Assembly (NCBI RefSeq): GCF_000757865.1
Contig: NZ_CP007754.1
Span: forward strand, 1,170,001-1,202,000
Length of the DNA stretch: 32,000 nucleotides
Origin: Prochlorococcus sp. MIT 0801
GTDB lineage: Bacteria; Cyanobacteriota; Cyanobacteriia; PCC-6307; Cyanobiaceae
Direction: 5' to 3'
How positions within the stretch are numbered: position 1 is the stretch's first letter; each line of letters begins with the position of its first letter. The notes under the pieces are model-generated. The model searched no databases and was not told the origin of the DNA. It saw only the letters and a list, made by a program, of their open reading frames with translations. A program made the position numbers and the translations under genes. This document shows, piece by piece, positions 1 to 8,544 of the stretch.

Positions 1-1185
1 ATATACAGCTACAACTCCAGCTCTTTCAGCTCCTACAAACATATAAGGAGTACCTTTGATTTTCGCATAAGTCACTGATTCAGGTTCTACTCCTTTCTTT
101 CCAGCACGATCGTCTTGAAAATGACCAATTTGTGCAATAGCTCTTTCTAGTCTGTTTCCATCTTCATAAACAACAGAACCATCTTTATTCCAAATCGTCC
201 AAGATCTAGAACCTCCTCTTTTTGCCTGACCTTCTTTCTTTAACTTGTAATCTCCCTCATTAGCTGTCGCAAAATGATCGTTATCAATCCAAGTTAGTCC
301 GTCTGGTTCACGTCTAACGTTTTTTAGCTTTTTCTTGAATGTATGTGCTCCATCTTTTTTAGTATCCATTCCTGCCATTTGACTTACTAGACCTGCTGAA
401 AAATGGGAGATAACTTCACCTTTTTTATTTAGTACCACCAAGTGATTATTTTCTTGCAGTGAAACAACTGTTTCACCTTTTTTATTAATCGTTAGAAATT
501 CTGGTTCAGGATCACTTGGTGCTATTTCAGAAAGACCAGAGACATCTGCGAAGAACATTGAATCACAATCAAGATCTCCTCCTTTTAGCTTTACAAAAGC
601 TACATTACCTGCAGGCATTTGTGGAATCACACCATCATTAAATTCTTCATCTCTTTCATTCTCAATCGCAACTGCGATAAATTTTCCGCTTGGGGCAATT
701 GCGACACTATCAGGTTGACCACCAACGTTGCATTCTTTTGACTTAATACCTGTTTTTAGATCGTATGAAGTTATTGATCCTGATGGATTTGTATAGCTTT
801 CAGATGTATTAATACCTACAAAGATTTTACCTTTACGCTCCATAACTGATGTTGGTTCTGCGTCTAACTCGATAATCCCTTCAGCTTTAGGATCTGATGG
901 ATCGGTAATATCTATTATTCCTACAACACCAAGATCACTATCAGTGTAGATAAGTGTTTTTCCATCCTTAGTTGCTGTGATGGTCTCTGCAGATGTTTTA
1001 GTTGTGGACTTTACACCAGATGGAAGATTCCTATTGATAGCGAAAGAAGAAACTCTATTGAAATTCTTATTTGAAGCATCCCGCCAACCTGCAATACTTG
1101 CTGTGCTAGAGGAGGCTAAGAGAGCTAGCACTGCTGAGCCACATGCTAGTACAACCCTTTTTTTCATTGAGTAAAAATCAGACAT
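1..1185 (-). CDS. Partial CDS (N-terminal about 395 aa; C-terminus lies left of the window): secreted beta-propeller protein, candidate atypical alkaline phosphatase/phytase-like enzyme of the Pho cluster
   Basis: The reverse-strand frame is open from 1185 to 1. It is absent from the ORF track because it has no stop in the window. It starts MSDFYSMKKRVVLACGSAVLALLASSSTASIAG (signal peptide; alternative ATG at 1165-1167). It continues ...LGVVGIIDITDPSDP...GGQPDSVAIAPSGKFIAVAIENE..., typical of LVIVD/choice-of-anchor-I type propellers. It sits beside the porin and pstS, in the phoA slot of picocyanobacterial Pho islands. Confidence 0.55.
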   Translation of the reverse strand, partial: MSDFYSMKKRVVLACGSAVLALLASSSTASIAGWRDASNKNFNRVSSFAINRNLPSGVKSTTKTSAETITATKDGKTLIYTDSDLGVVGIIDITDPSDPKAEGIIELDAEPTSVMERKGKIFVGINTSESYTNPSGSITSYDLKTGIKSKECNVGGQPDSVAIAPSGKFIAVAIENERDEEFNDGVIPQMPAGNVAFVKLKGGDLDCDSMFFADVSGLSEIAPSDPEPEFLTINKKGETVVSLQENNHLVVLNKKGEVISHFSAGLVSQMAGMDTKKDGAHTFKKKLKNVRREPDGLTWIDNDHFATANEGDYKLKKEGQAKRGGSRSWTIWNKDGSVVYEDGNRLERAIAQIGHFQDDRAGKKGVEPESVTYAKIKGTPYMFVGAERAGVVAVY

Positions 1186-1225
1186 CTAATTATTAGCTGA
1201 CTGAAGTTAAGAGAAAAACTTTTTC

Positions 1226-1266
1226 AATTAAAAATTTGATTAGCAACAAGTTAAGAGGCGTTTAAC
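1226..1266 (-). promoter_or_regulatory. Pho-box-like array upstream of the phosphatase-like gene
   Basis: The minus strand reads GTTAAACG cct CTTAACTT gtt GCTAATCA aat TTTTAATT, four 8-mers with 3-nt linkers. CTTAACTT fits the cyanobacterial PhoB consensus PyTTAAPyPy(T/A) exactly. A further CTTAACTT lies at 1204-1211. Confidence 0.4.
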
Positions 1267-1276
1267 AACTATGTAT

Positions 1277-1308
1277 AAAAAAAGGCCCCTAATGTAGGGG
1301 CCTTTTTG
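1277..1308 (-). terminator. Rho-independent terminator downstream of the porin gene
   Basis: Perfect 8-bp stem AGGCCCCT (1283-1290) / AGGGGCCT (1296-1303) with a 5-nt loop. It is flanked by an A-tract and a T-tract. On the minus strand the stem is followed by T8. Confidence 0.75.
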
Positions 1309-1327
1309 AAAAGTTTAAGTAAGAAGT

Positions 1328-2314
1328 TTAGAACTTGTACTTAACGTTAACAGCTGCGCCAGATAGATCTTCTCCACCGACACCAGCATCTTCTGATGTC
1401 CAGATCATTGGAGTGATCTTGACGCCATCAGCAATCTTGTAGTCATACCAAGCTTCGTATGTAAGCTTCTCATCAGTTCCCTTTTGAGTTCCTACGCCTA
1501 CGCCAAGTGTACCTGGACCTGCATCAGCTTCTACACCAACAACCCAGTTTTCATCTTCTTCACCTGTTTCAGGATCCATTGAATCAAAATAAGCACTTAC
1601 GGTAACAGGGATTGATTCTGGCTGGAAATAGCCACCAATACCGTATGCAGTGTATGTATCACTGCTATCACTATATGTAAATGTTCCACCAAAACCATCT
1701 CCATCAAAACCAAGCTGAGCAGTTACATAGTCTTCAGTATTGTCACCAAAGATTCCCTTACTTGCATCATCACCATCAGCAGCTGTCATGTTAAGAGAAG
1801 CATTCCAGCCATTATCTCCTGCATAAGCGATAGTTGCACCTGTTCCACCTTCACCGGCAAGAGCATAGTATCCATCAACTGCCAATAGAACTGGCTCACC
1901 ATAGATAGATGTAGTACCAGCAAGACCTTGATCTCCATCCATCTTTGGTCCGACGCTTATTGTTAAATCTTCCGCAAGAGGGAATTGGTAATAAAGATCA
2001 GTAAGAGTTGGTGTTTTACCGTCGCCCTTACTGCTTTGAGGATCGATTCCCCCAGCTAAGGTTTTACCACTTCCAATTTCAAATTTTCCAACAAGCTTGT
2101 CTTCACCAGTAAAACTAGTAGTAGCTTTCCACTTCATTTCATATGAAGAATGAAGCTCGTCTCCATCTGCTGAATCTGTATTAGAACCAACAGTGAAATT
2201 TACACTGCTTTTTAATTTTGTAGTTGGGCTAAATGCAGTATCTGCATTAACAGCAACAGGAGCCATAAGGCCTAATGCTGCAGGAGCTATTAATAAGCTC
2301 TTAAAAAATTTCAT
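1328..2314 (-). CDS. phoE: Outer-membrane porin, Pho-regulon type (small Som/PhoE-like beta-barrel)
   Basis: ATG at 2312-2314 gives the signal peptide MKFFKSLLIAPAALGLMAPVAVNA. The tracked start at 2329 is a TTG extension. The sequence has alternating Gly/aromatic beta-strand character, is acidic and ends in YKF, a typical beta-barrel C-terminus. It is divergent from pstS. Confidence 0.75.
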   Translation of the reverse strand: MKFFKSLLIAPAALGLMAPVAVNADTAFSPTTKLKSSVNFTVGSNTDSADGDELHSSYEMKWKATTSFTGEDKLVGKFEIGSGKTLAGGIDPQSSKGDGKTPTLTDLYYQFPLAEDLTISVGPKMDGDQGLAGTTSIYGEPVLLAVDGYYALAGEGGTGATIAYAGDNGWNASLNMTAADGDDASKGIFGDNTEDYVTAQLGFDGDGFGGTFTYSDSSDTYTAYGIGGYFQPESIPVTVSAYFDSMDPETGEEDENWVVGVEADAGPGTLGVGVGTQKGTDEKLTYEAWYDYKIADGVKITPMIWTSEDAGVGGEDLSGAAVNVKYKF

Positions 2315-2387
2315 CGTGTCCTCACACAAGATAAAAAGGTAATGGATTTAACATCCAAATGAAAGGTATAAGATGCAGGTTTAGGAG

Positions 2388-2417
2388 TGACTAAAGTTAC
2401 GTAATGGTTTGGTTAAG
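2388..2417 (-). promoter_or_regulatory. Pho-box-like array about 60-100 nt upstream of the porin start
   Basis: The minus strand reads CTTAACCA aac CATTACGT aac TTTAGTCA, an 8-3-8-3-8 arrangement. The first unit matches PyTTAAPyPy(T/A) exactly. Confidence 0.4.
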
Positions 2418-2493
2418 GTTCAACGAAGTAAACATTAATTTTTTTTAGAGTAAAAATCGTCATTTTGAAATTTCTTGAGCTTAAAAAAAATAA

Positions 2494-2523
2494 AAATTAA
2501 ACTTGGATAATCAAAAGGTTAAG
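2494..2523. promoter_or_regulatory. Second Pho-box-like array in the porin/pstS divergent region, about 105 nt upstream of pstS
   Basis: The minus strand reads CTTAACCT ttt GATTATCC aag TTTAATTT. The first unit equals the Synechocystis-type core CTTAACCT. Its orientation relative to pstS is reversed, so assignment to pstS is uncertain. Confidence 0.3.
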
Positions 2524-2627
2524 AACAGATCAAGGAAAATTGATGAATTGCTAATTTGAATTTTAAAGATAAATATTTAGATCAATTAAATGCTATGAAA
2601 TAAGAGCCAGTTTTTTTATTAGGCCTC

Positions 2628-3599
2628 ATGACCTTCGCCAAGAAGGCCCTCATCTATACTTCTTTGCTTGCAGTGGGCGCAGGCATGTCCGCAAATGCAG
2701 CTAGTCGTCTTAGTGGAGCAGGTGCATCCTTTCCCGCTAAAATCTACACACGTTGGTTTTCTGATTTAGCCAAAGAAGGTGGACCTCGAGTCAACTATCA
2801 AGCTGTTGGTTCAGGTTCTGGCCGTAAAGCTTTCATTGACCAAACCGTTAACTTCGGTGCTTCTGATGATCCAATGAAAGCAAAGGATATTGCAAAAGTT
2901 ACTCGTGGATTAGTTCAAATCCCAATGGTTGGAGGCACAATTGCCTTTGGTTATAACTACGATTGCGACCTTAAGCTGACTCAAGAGCAAGCTGTTCGCG
3001 TTGCTATGGGTAAAATCTCAAATTGGAAAGAAGTTGGTTGTCCTGCAGGAAAAATGACATGGGCACATCGCTCTGATGGCTCCGGTACAACCAAGGCTTT
3101 CTCAAACTCCATGCAAGCTTTCTCTAAGACATGGAATTTAGGAACAGGTAAATCTATTGCTTGGCCTGCTGGTGTTGGTGGAAAAGGTAACGCAGGTGTT
3201 GCAGGCGTAATTCGTAATACTCCTGGTGCAATTGGTTATGTAAACCAGTCATACATTAAAGGAGAAATCAAGGCTGCCGCTCTTCAAAACTTATCTGGAG
3301 AGTATTTAAAGCCATCTACTGAGTCAGGAGCTAAAGCTCTTAATGGAATTACTTTAGATGAAAACTTAGCAGGTAAAAACCCTAACCCAACAGCTAAGGG
3401 TGCATACCCAATCGCTACGTTGACATGGATTCTTGCTTATGAAAAAGGCAATGGTAGAAATACTAAAGCTATTCAAAAATCACTTAACTACTTGCTAAGT
3501 GATAAAGCCCAGGCTAAGGCTCCTTCTCTTGGATTCGTACCTCTTAAAGGTGAAATTCTTAAAAAATCACGCGCTGCAGTAAAGCGTATTGGTAAGTAA
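2628..3599 (+). CDS. pstS: Phosphate ABC transporter periplasmic substrate-binding protein PstS
   Basis: 323 aa with a signal peptide (MTFAKKALIYTSLLAVGAGMSANA). Hallmark PstS motifs are present: GAGASFPAKIY, YQAVGSGSGRKAF, GASD, HRSDGSGTT and GAIGYV. Confidence 0.95.
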   Translation: MTFAKKALIYTSLLAVGAGMSANAASRLSGAGASFPAKIYTRWFSDLAKEGGPRVNYQAVGSGSGRKAFIDQTVNFGASDDPMKAKDIAKVTRGLVQIPMVGGTIAFGYNYDCDLKLTQEQAVRVAMGKISNWKEVGCPAGKMTWAHRSDGSGTTKAFSNSMQAFSKTWNLGTGKSIAWPAGVGGKGNAGVAGVIRNTPGAIGYVNQSYIKGEIKAAALQNLSGEYLKPSTESGAKALNGITLDENLAGKNPNPTAKGAYPIATLTWILAYEKGNGRNTKAIQKSLNYLLSDKAQAKAPSLGFVPLKGEILKKSRAAVKRIGK

Positions 3600-3623
3600 A
3601 ACTTAGCTTTTAATACAATCAGA

Positions 3624-3652
3624 AAAGGAGACTTTAAGTCTCCTTTTTTTAT
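3624..3652 (+). terminator. Rho-independent terminator of pstS
   Basis: AAAGGAGAC (3624-3632) / GTCTCCTTT (3638-3646) form a 9-bp perfect stem with a TTTAA loop, followed by a T-run. Confidence 0.8.
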
Positions 3653-3719
3653 TTCCTGTTCACTCTTAACCACTACTTAAAAAAAGTAGTTTAAGTTTTT
3701 ATTAACCTAAGTTTTTAGT

Positions 3720-3905
3720 ATGCAACTAAATAATTGGAAAGAAATAGTTGGATCACCTATCTGGTGGATACCTGTGTCACTGCTAGTTTTATTTAGTTCG
3801 ATTGAGGGCTTACATCTCGCGGAGCATGGTAAAAACTGCAAAACAAAAGCAGCTTGGATGAATGAAGCTGGTCTTGAATATGATCGAGAGTCAGAGGTGA
3901 GATGA
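3720..3905 (+). CDS. Hypothetical small membrane protein (61 aa)
   Basis: ORF with one hydrophobic helix (IWWIPVSLLVLFSSI). No recognisable family, and it lies in an intergenic-looking AT-rich context. Confidence 0.3.
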   Translation: MQLNNWKEIVGSPIWWIPVSLLVLFSSIEGLHLAEHGKNCKTKAAWMNEAGLEYDRESEVR

Positions 3906-4005
3906 TTATTTTATTTAGCAGTTGTTTGAACGAATTTTTAAAATCTTTTTCTTAAATTAAACTTAAAAACAATTTGATAATCTTACTTTAGATACAAGAG
4001 AAAAA

Positions 4006-4371
4006 ATGAAAAGATTGCTTCTACTTTCTCCGTTATTTCTTTTCTTATTAACGGGTTGTCCAGAAAAAGATCAACTTAAAAATATGAATCAAACAGAGTT
4101 AGAGAAATTGGATCAATGTATTAATGATCAAAAAGCTAAAGGTTTGCCTATTTTAGAATGTGGAAAAGATTTAAAAAAATCCACTGATTCCAAATCAACT
4201 CCAACAACTACAACTGCAGTTAAAGAGAAGGAAGGGAGTTTTACTAAGTCAAACACAAAACTCAAATCAAACGAGCCCAATCAATCAAAGACAGAATTAG
4301 ATAAAATTGATGAATGTATAAATAGGATGAAAGCGAAAAAATTACCCTATTTTAAATGCCTACAAAAATAA
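4006..4371 (+). CDS. Lipoprotein with an internally duplicated Cys-containing module
   Basis: Signal peptide with lipobox (LFLFLLTGC). Two related modules are present, TELEKLDQCINDQKAKGLPILECGKDLKK and TELDKIDECINRMKAKKLPYFKCLQK. They are separated by a Ser/Thr/Lys-rich linker. Confidence 0.6.
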   Translation: MKRLLLLSPLFLFLLTGCPEKDQLKNMNQTELEKLDQCINDQKAKGLPILECGKDLKKSTDSKSTPTTTTAVKEKEGSFTKSNTKLKSNEPNQSKTELDKIDECINRMKAKKLPYFKCLQK

Positions 4372-5598
4372 AATTTGGATTGCCATCCCTAGAACAATAG
4401 ATATGGCAACTAATTTATAAGGCTTTATGGATTGTTTAAAACTAAGGATTAGACTTATAAAAAAGATTAGACTATAAATACAAGTTTGAAAGATATCTTT
4501 GCCAACGATAACCTTACCCGTCATAGGTATGACTACAGCAAGAATTGCACCCGGTATGCCTGATAACACTCCATTAATATAGTTATCTATCATCACTTTA
4601 TTTTTGATTCTTTTTATTAAAGGTTCCCCTAAAAGAATAAATATAAAACTTGGTAAAAATATCGCGAATGTTGAGATGAGGGAGAAAAATGTTCCTAAAA
4701 GAATAGTTCCTTCTTTTGCTCCAACTTGAAAGCCTATAAATGCACTTGAAAGAACTACTGGCCCTGGAGAGAGTTGACCGATGGCTATAGCATCAATAAA
4801 ACTACGACTATCTAACCAACCCATCTCAATTACTTGGGTTTGTAGGAGTGGAACAATTACTAACCCTCCACCAAAAACCAGTAAACCTGCTTTAAAGAAT
4901 ACATAAAATAACTTCAAAGAGTTCGATAATAAATTGCCTATATCCTCTCGAAATATTGGAGCTGTTAAAAAACTTGGAAAACCAAATAATTTTAGATCGA
5001 AATAAGAATGCTCAAAGCCATAAGGAATAAAGAAAAAGCTCAGGAATCTCTTAGAATTACTTTGATAGATTCCGAAAATTCCAGCCAACAATAAAAGCAA
5101 TGTGATAGGTAGATGTAGTGAAGTTGATCGATCAATAATTGACCCAATAAATACAAAACTAGCCGTTGTCCATTGCCATACTTGACTACGATTTTTTAAT
5201 AGGTTTAAAGCAAACCCCCAAATTATTGAAATTACAATTATTTGAGGAATAGACAAAAAATCTGAAAAATTATCAATTGATTGTCCTTGTCTCCAAAGTT
5301 GACTCATAAGTAAAATGATGAAAAATCCAGGCAATAAAAAACATATCCCACTTATTAATCCTCCATAAAAACCCTTTATCTTTGTCCCTAAAAAGATTGC
5401 TAATTGACTTGATGTCGGCCCAGGTAGTATTTCGCAAATACCCAATCCTTCGTCAAACTCTTGCTCGGAAACCCAATTCCTTTGAATGATGATCTCGTCT
5501 TTAAACATTGCAATATGCGCATATGGGCCGCCAAAACTAAAGACTCCTATTTTCAGAAAAGTTGAACTCAGTTCAGAAAATGTTGGGCTCACTATCAC
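4360..5598 (-). CDS. chrA: Chromate-transporter family protein (ChrA, duplicated CHR domains)
   Basis: 412 aa, polytopic. Both halves carry the CHR motif context: FGGPYAHIAM...ILPGPTSSQL and FGGGLVIVPLL...GQLSPGPVV. Confidence 0.85.
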   Translation of the reverse strand: MIVSPTFSELSSTFLKIGVFSFGGPYAHIAMFKDEIIIQRNWVSEQEFDEGLGICEILPGPTSSQLAIFLGTKIKGFYGGLISGICFLLPGFFIILLMSQLWRQGQSIDNFSDFLSIPQIIVISIIWGFALNLLKNRSQVWQWTTASFVFIGSIIDRSTSLHLPITLLLLLAGIFGIYQSNSKRFLSFFFIPYGFEHSYFDLKLFGFPSFLTAPIFREDIGNLLSNSLKLFYVFFKAGLLVFGGGLVIVPLLQTQVIEMGWLDSRSFIDAIAIGQLSPGPVVLSSAFIGFQVGAKEGTILLGTFFSLISTFAIFLPSFIFILLGEPLIKRIKNKVMIDNYINGVLSGIPGAILAVVIPMTGKVIVGKDIFQTCIYSLIFFISLILSFKQSIKPYKLVAISIVLGMAIQILFL

Positions 5599-5649
5599 TA
5601 AACAAATATCCTATAGAAAAAGATAAGGTAATCTTTTGGTATAAGAATA

Positions 5650-6912
5650 TTAGGCTTTTTCAATAGCTATAGCACTTGAAACTGGTGGTAGTCGTAAACT
5701 AGTCAACAATGAGAGAAATACAAATAGGCTTGAACACCATAAACATAGTTGCATTCCTATAGAGGCATTAGTTCCAAGCATAAATAGGACACCAGATAAG
5801 AGCGTACCAATCAGTCTTCCTGCCGCATTTGCCATGTAATAGAAGCCGACGTTTAGGCTCACGTTTTCCTTGTCCGTATAAGCAAGAACCATATAGGAAT
5901 GTATTGATGAGTTCATTGCAAAAATGAACCCAAATAATATCAATCCAGCTGTAATTGCTATTTCTGGATTGCTTTGTCGCCATAGTGCTATTGCTATTAG
6001 CGCAGGTATCGCAGTTAAGACAGCACTCCAAAATTGAACAGAAGAAACTCCTGGACTTGTTTTCTTTCCCCATAAATTTCTTAAAGACGGTGCAAAAGCT
6101 TGGATAAAGCCATAACCAATAACCCACAAGCCTAGGAACGCTCCAATCTCAGAAAAATTCCAATTTAGATACGTTTCAAGAAAAACAGGAAGTGCTACGA
6201 CGAACCATACATCTCTTGCCCCAAAGAGAAAAAAACGTGCAAAAGAGAGGACGTTGATCCCTTGAGATTTAGAGAATAAGTCTTTAAAGATGGGTTTGCT
6301 TTTCATCTTTCCAATATCTCCAGGCAAAATCAATGTCAATAGAAACGAAACACCTAATCCGATAGCCATTAATTCAACTGCTTTATTAAAACCAAAACTG
6401 GTCAGCAACAATCCACCAAGAAAGAAGCCAACTCCTTTGAGTGCATTTTTTGAACCAGTTAAGATAGCTACCCATTTAAATAATTGATTATTTCCACCAT
6501 CTTCTTCTGAGGAGTCTGGAACGACAGTTTTGATGGCACTTTTAGCACTCATCTTATTGAGATCTTTTGCTATACCACTAATCGCTTGAGCAACCATGAC
6601 ATAAATGACACTCAAAAGTTTCGACCAACCACTCGAAACTGGTATCAACATCAATAAGGCACCGATTTGTAAAAGAGTCCCGACCCATAATGTTAGACGT
6701 AATCCATATCTTGCTCCAATCCATCCACCATAGAGATTAGTGATAACGCCAAAGAACTCGTAAAAAAGGAATAAGAATGCGATTTCTAACGTTGTATATC
6801 CAAGGCTATGAAAGTGAAAAATCACTAGCATCCTTAGAGCACCATCTGTCAGTGTGAATGCCCAATAGTTGGTCGTTACGATTCCATATTGTTGCAATGC
6901 CGTTAATCGCAT
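5650..6912 (-). CDS. arsJ: MFS transporter of the ArsJ type (organoarsenical / 1-arseno-3-phosphoglycerate efflux)
   Basis: 420-aa protein with about 12 TM helices, lying 10 nt downstream of a GAPDH gene on the same strand. This is the characteristic gapdh-arsJ pairing, and it is under a divergent arsR. Confidence 0.75.
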   Translation of the reverse strand: MRLTALQQYGIVTTNYWAFTLTDGALRMLVIFHFHSLGYTTLEIAFLFLFYEFFGVITNLYGGWIGARYGLRLTLWVGTLLQIGALLMLIPVSSGWSKLLSVIYVMVAQAISGIAKDLNKMSAKSAIKTVVPDSSEEDGGNNQLFKWVAILTGSKNALKGVGFFLGGLLLTSFGFNKAVELMAIGLGVSFLLTLILPGDIGKMKSKPIFKDLFSKSQGINVLSFARFFLFGARDVWFVVALPVFLETYLNWNFSEIGAFLGLWVIGYGFIQAFAPSLRNLWGKKTSPGVSSVQFWSAVLTAIPALIAIALWRQSNPEIAITAGLILFGFIFAMNSSIHSYMVLAYTDKENVSLNVGFYYMANAAGRLIGTLLSGVLFMLGTNASIGMQLCLWCSSLFVFLSLLTSLRLPPVSSAIAIEKA

Positions 6913-6922
6913 GTTTTTATTT

Positions 6923-7948
6923 TTATTCTTTTTCTAGCTTGATTACATGTGATACGAGATCAGCCATTCGACAGCTATACCCCCATTCATTGTCATACCA
7001 AATATAGACTTTCAGTTGAGTTTTGTTGATCACCATGGTTGAGGGCGCATCAATAATTGAACTTCTCGAGTCATTGACATAATCGATTGATACAAGTGGT
7101 TTTTCTTCGTAACCAAGTATTCCTTTTAGTTCTCCTTCTGAAGCTTCTTTGAACACATGATTGACTTCTTCTTGCGTGACCTCTTTTTCTAATTCAAATA
7201 CAGCATCAGTTAAAGATCCATTGAGGAGAGGAACTCGAACTGCATGACCATTTAATTTACCTTGTAATTCAGGGAATATCATCCCTATCGCTTTTGCTGA
7301 TCCTGTTGTTGTTGGAATTAAGCTTTGTGATCCGCTCCTTGCTCTTCTTAAATCTGATTTAAATGAATCAACGATTACCTGTGTATTTGTTAGGTCATGG
7401 AGTGTTGTGATGCTTCCATGCTTGATACCAAAAGCTTGATTAACAACTTTCACAACGGGAGCCAAGCAATTAGTCGTGCAGGATGCAGCTGTTACTAAGC
7501 GATGTTTATTGGGCTCATATAAATCATGATTAATACCGTAGACGATATTTAGAGCATCCTCTCCCTGGATTTCTCCTTTTACTGGACATGCAACGACAAC
7601 TCTTTTCATCCCAAGAGTATCGAAATAAGGATTTAATGTTTGAGGGGTTTTGAATTTCCCTGAGCATTCGAGAATTAACTCTGTACCTTTTTCCTTCCAT
7701 GGCACTTTTGTGAAATCACTTTCTTGTGAAAAAGATATTGGGTGACCTTCAATATTCAGGTTGTTTTGATCGTTGCTTATTGCTTTGTTCCAACGACCAT
7801 GAACTGAGTCATATTCAAGTAAATGCGCAGCTCCCTTTGCATCACCCAATGGATCGTTGATATGCGTAATCTCTATATTTTCTCTACCCCAGAGTGCCCT
7901 AAGAACAAGTCGTCCTATACGACCAAAACCATTAATACCAATGCGCAT
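6923..7948 (-). CDS. gap1: Glyceraldehyde-3-phosphate dehydrogenase, ars-associated paralogue
   Basis: A start at the ATG 7946-7948 gives the canonical N-terminus [13 protein letters not shown]. The tracked upstream extension [11 protein letters not shown] is unlikely. The active site [10 protein letters not shown] is present, and the C-terminus reads WYDNEWGYS. Confidence 0.9.
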   Translation of the reverse strand: MRIGINGFGRIGRLVLRALWGRENIEITHINDPLGDAKGAAHLLEYDSVHGRWNKAISNDQNNLNIEGHPISFSQESDFTKVPWKEKGTELILECSGKFKTPQTLNPYFDTLGMKRVVVACPVKGEIQGEDALNIVYGINHDLYEPNKHRLVTAASCTTNCLAPVVKVVNQAFGIKHGSITTLHDLTNTQVIVDSFKSDLRRARSGSQSLIPTTTGSAKAIGMIFPELQGKLNGHAVRVPLLNGSLTDAVFELEKEVTQEEVNHVFKEASEGELKGILGYEEKPLVSIDYVNDSRSSIIDAPSTMVINKTQLKVYIWYDNEWGYSCRMADLVSHVIKLEKE

Positions 7949-7983
7949 AAAACTCCGCACAATAGAGCACATACACAGCATAT

Positions 7984-8017
7984 ATCAACAATGGTTGATA
8001 TATCAACCATTGTTGAT
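7984..8017. promoter_or_regulatory. Perfect 34-nt palindrome in the gap1 / arsR divergent promoter; candidate ArsR operator
   Basis: ATCAACAATGGTTGAT-AT-ATCAACCATTGTTGAT. The two 16-mers are exact reverse complements, and each is itself a near-palindrome (ATCAAC....GTTGAT). It lies between gap1 (start 7948) and arsR (start about 8062). Confidence 0.6.
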
Positions 8018-8061
8018 TGGTTTTGGAAATTCTTGTACTATGAGTTCATATTTTTACTCTT

Positions 8062-8391
8062 TTGTCTGTGAGTTCGGCGGTTGACAGCGAAATTGTTTCA
8101 GACAAGACAAAGAAACTGCTAAAAGCTCTTTCAGAGCCTCTTAGGCTTCAAATCATTGAGGCTTTGTCTTCAGGCGAAAAATGTGTATGTGATCTTATTG
8201 AAGAGATGGGACTTGCTCAGTCAAAAATATCGTTTCATTTAAAAGTCTTGAAAGAGGCTGAATTGATAATTGATAGGCATAGCGGAAGATGGGTTTATTA
8301 TCACTTAAATATTGAAGCTCTAAATTCTTTGCAAGATTGGATTGTTCTTCTTAAGGAGAACTCGCAAGGGTCTACAAAAGATTGTTGCTAG
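8062..8391 (+). CDS. arsR: ArsR/SmtB-family metalloregulator
   Basis: Winged-HTH sequence ...LKALSEPLRLQIIEAL..GEKCVCDLIEEMGLAQSKISFHLKVLKEAELI..., with the CVC As(III)-sensing motif in the ELCVCDL position. The start is a non-ATG codon (TTG 8062 or GTG 8068). Confidence 0.9.
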   Translation: MSVSSAVDSEIVSDKTKKLLKALSEPLRLQIIEALSSGEKCVCDLIEEMGLAQSKISFHLKVLKEAELIIDRHSGRWVYYHLNIEALNSLQDWIVLLKENSQGSTKDCC

Positions 8392-8544
8392 ACTTTCTAT
8401 TATTAATTTTATTTTTTAAATATAGAAACTATATTTAACATTGAAATTAATGCAAAAAATATCTAAATTGATTTCAAATAGTTATTATCATAAACAAACT
8501 TTATATGCTGTTGTTTACAGTAGTATTAACTTTAGAATTTGTGA

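Noticed and set aside
977-1174. 65-aa plus-strand ORF
   Set aside because: It lies entirely antisense within the long open minus-strand frame (1-1185), which has a signal peptide and propeller-like sequence. It is a shadow ORF.
3488-3673. 61-aa minus-strand ORF
   Set aside because: It is antisense to the pstS 3' end and runs through the pstS terminator hairpin.
5768-6487. ORFs 5768..6127 (-) and 6290..6487 (+)
   Set aside because: Both are embedded in the arsJ-type MFS gene in alternative or antisense frames. Their composition is low-complexity and not protein-like.
7823-8084. ORFs 7823..8071 (+) and 7857..8084 (+), and the [11 protein letters not shown] extension of GAPDH
   Set aside because: The ORFs are antisense to the GAPDH 5' end and run through the palindromic operator. 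GAPDH proteins start at M[12 protein letters not shown], so the upstream ATG at 7981 is not needed.
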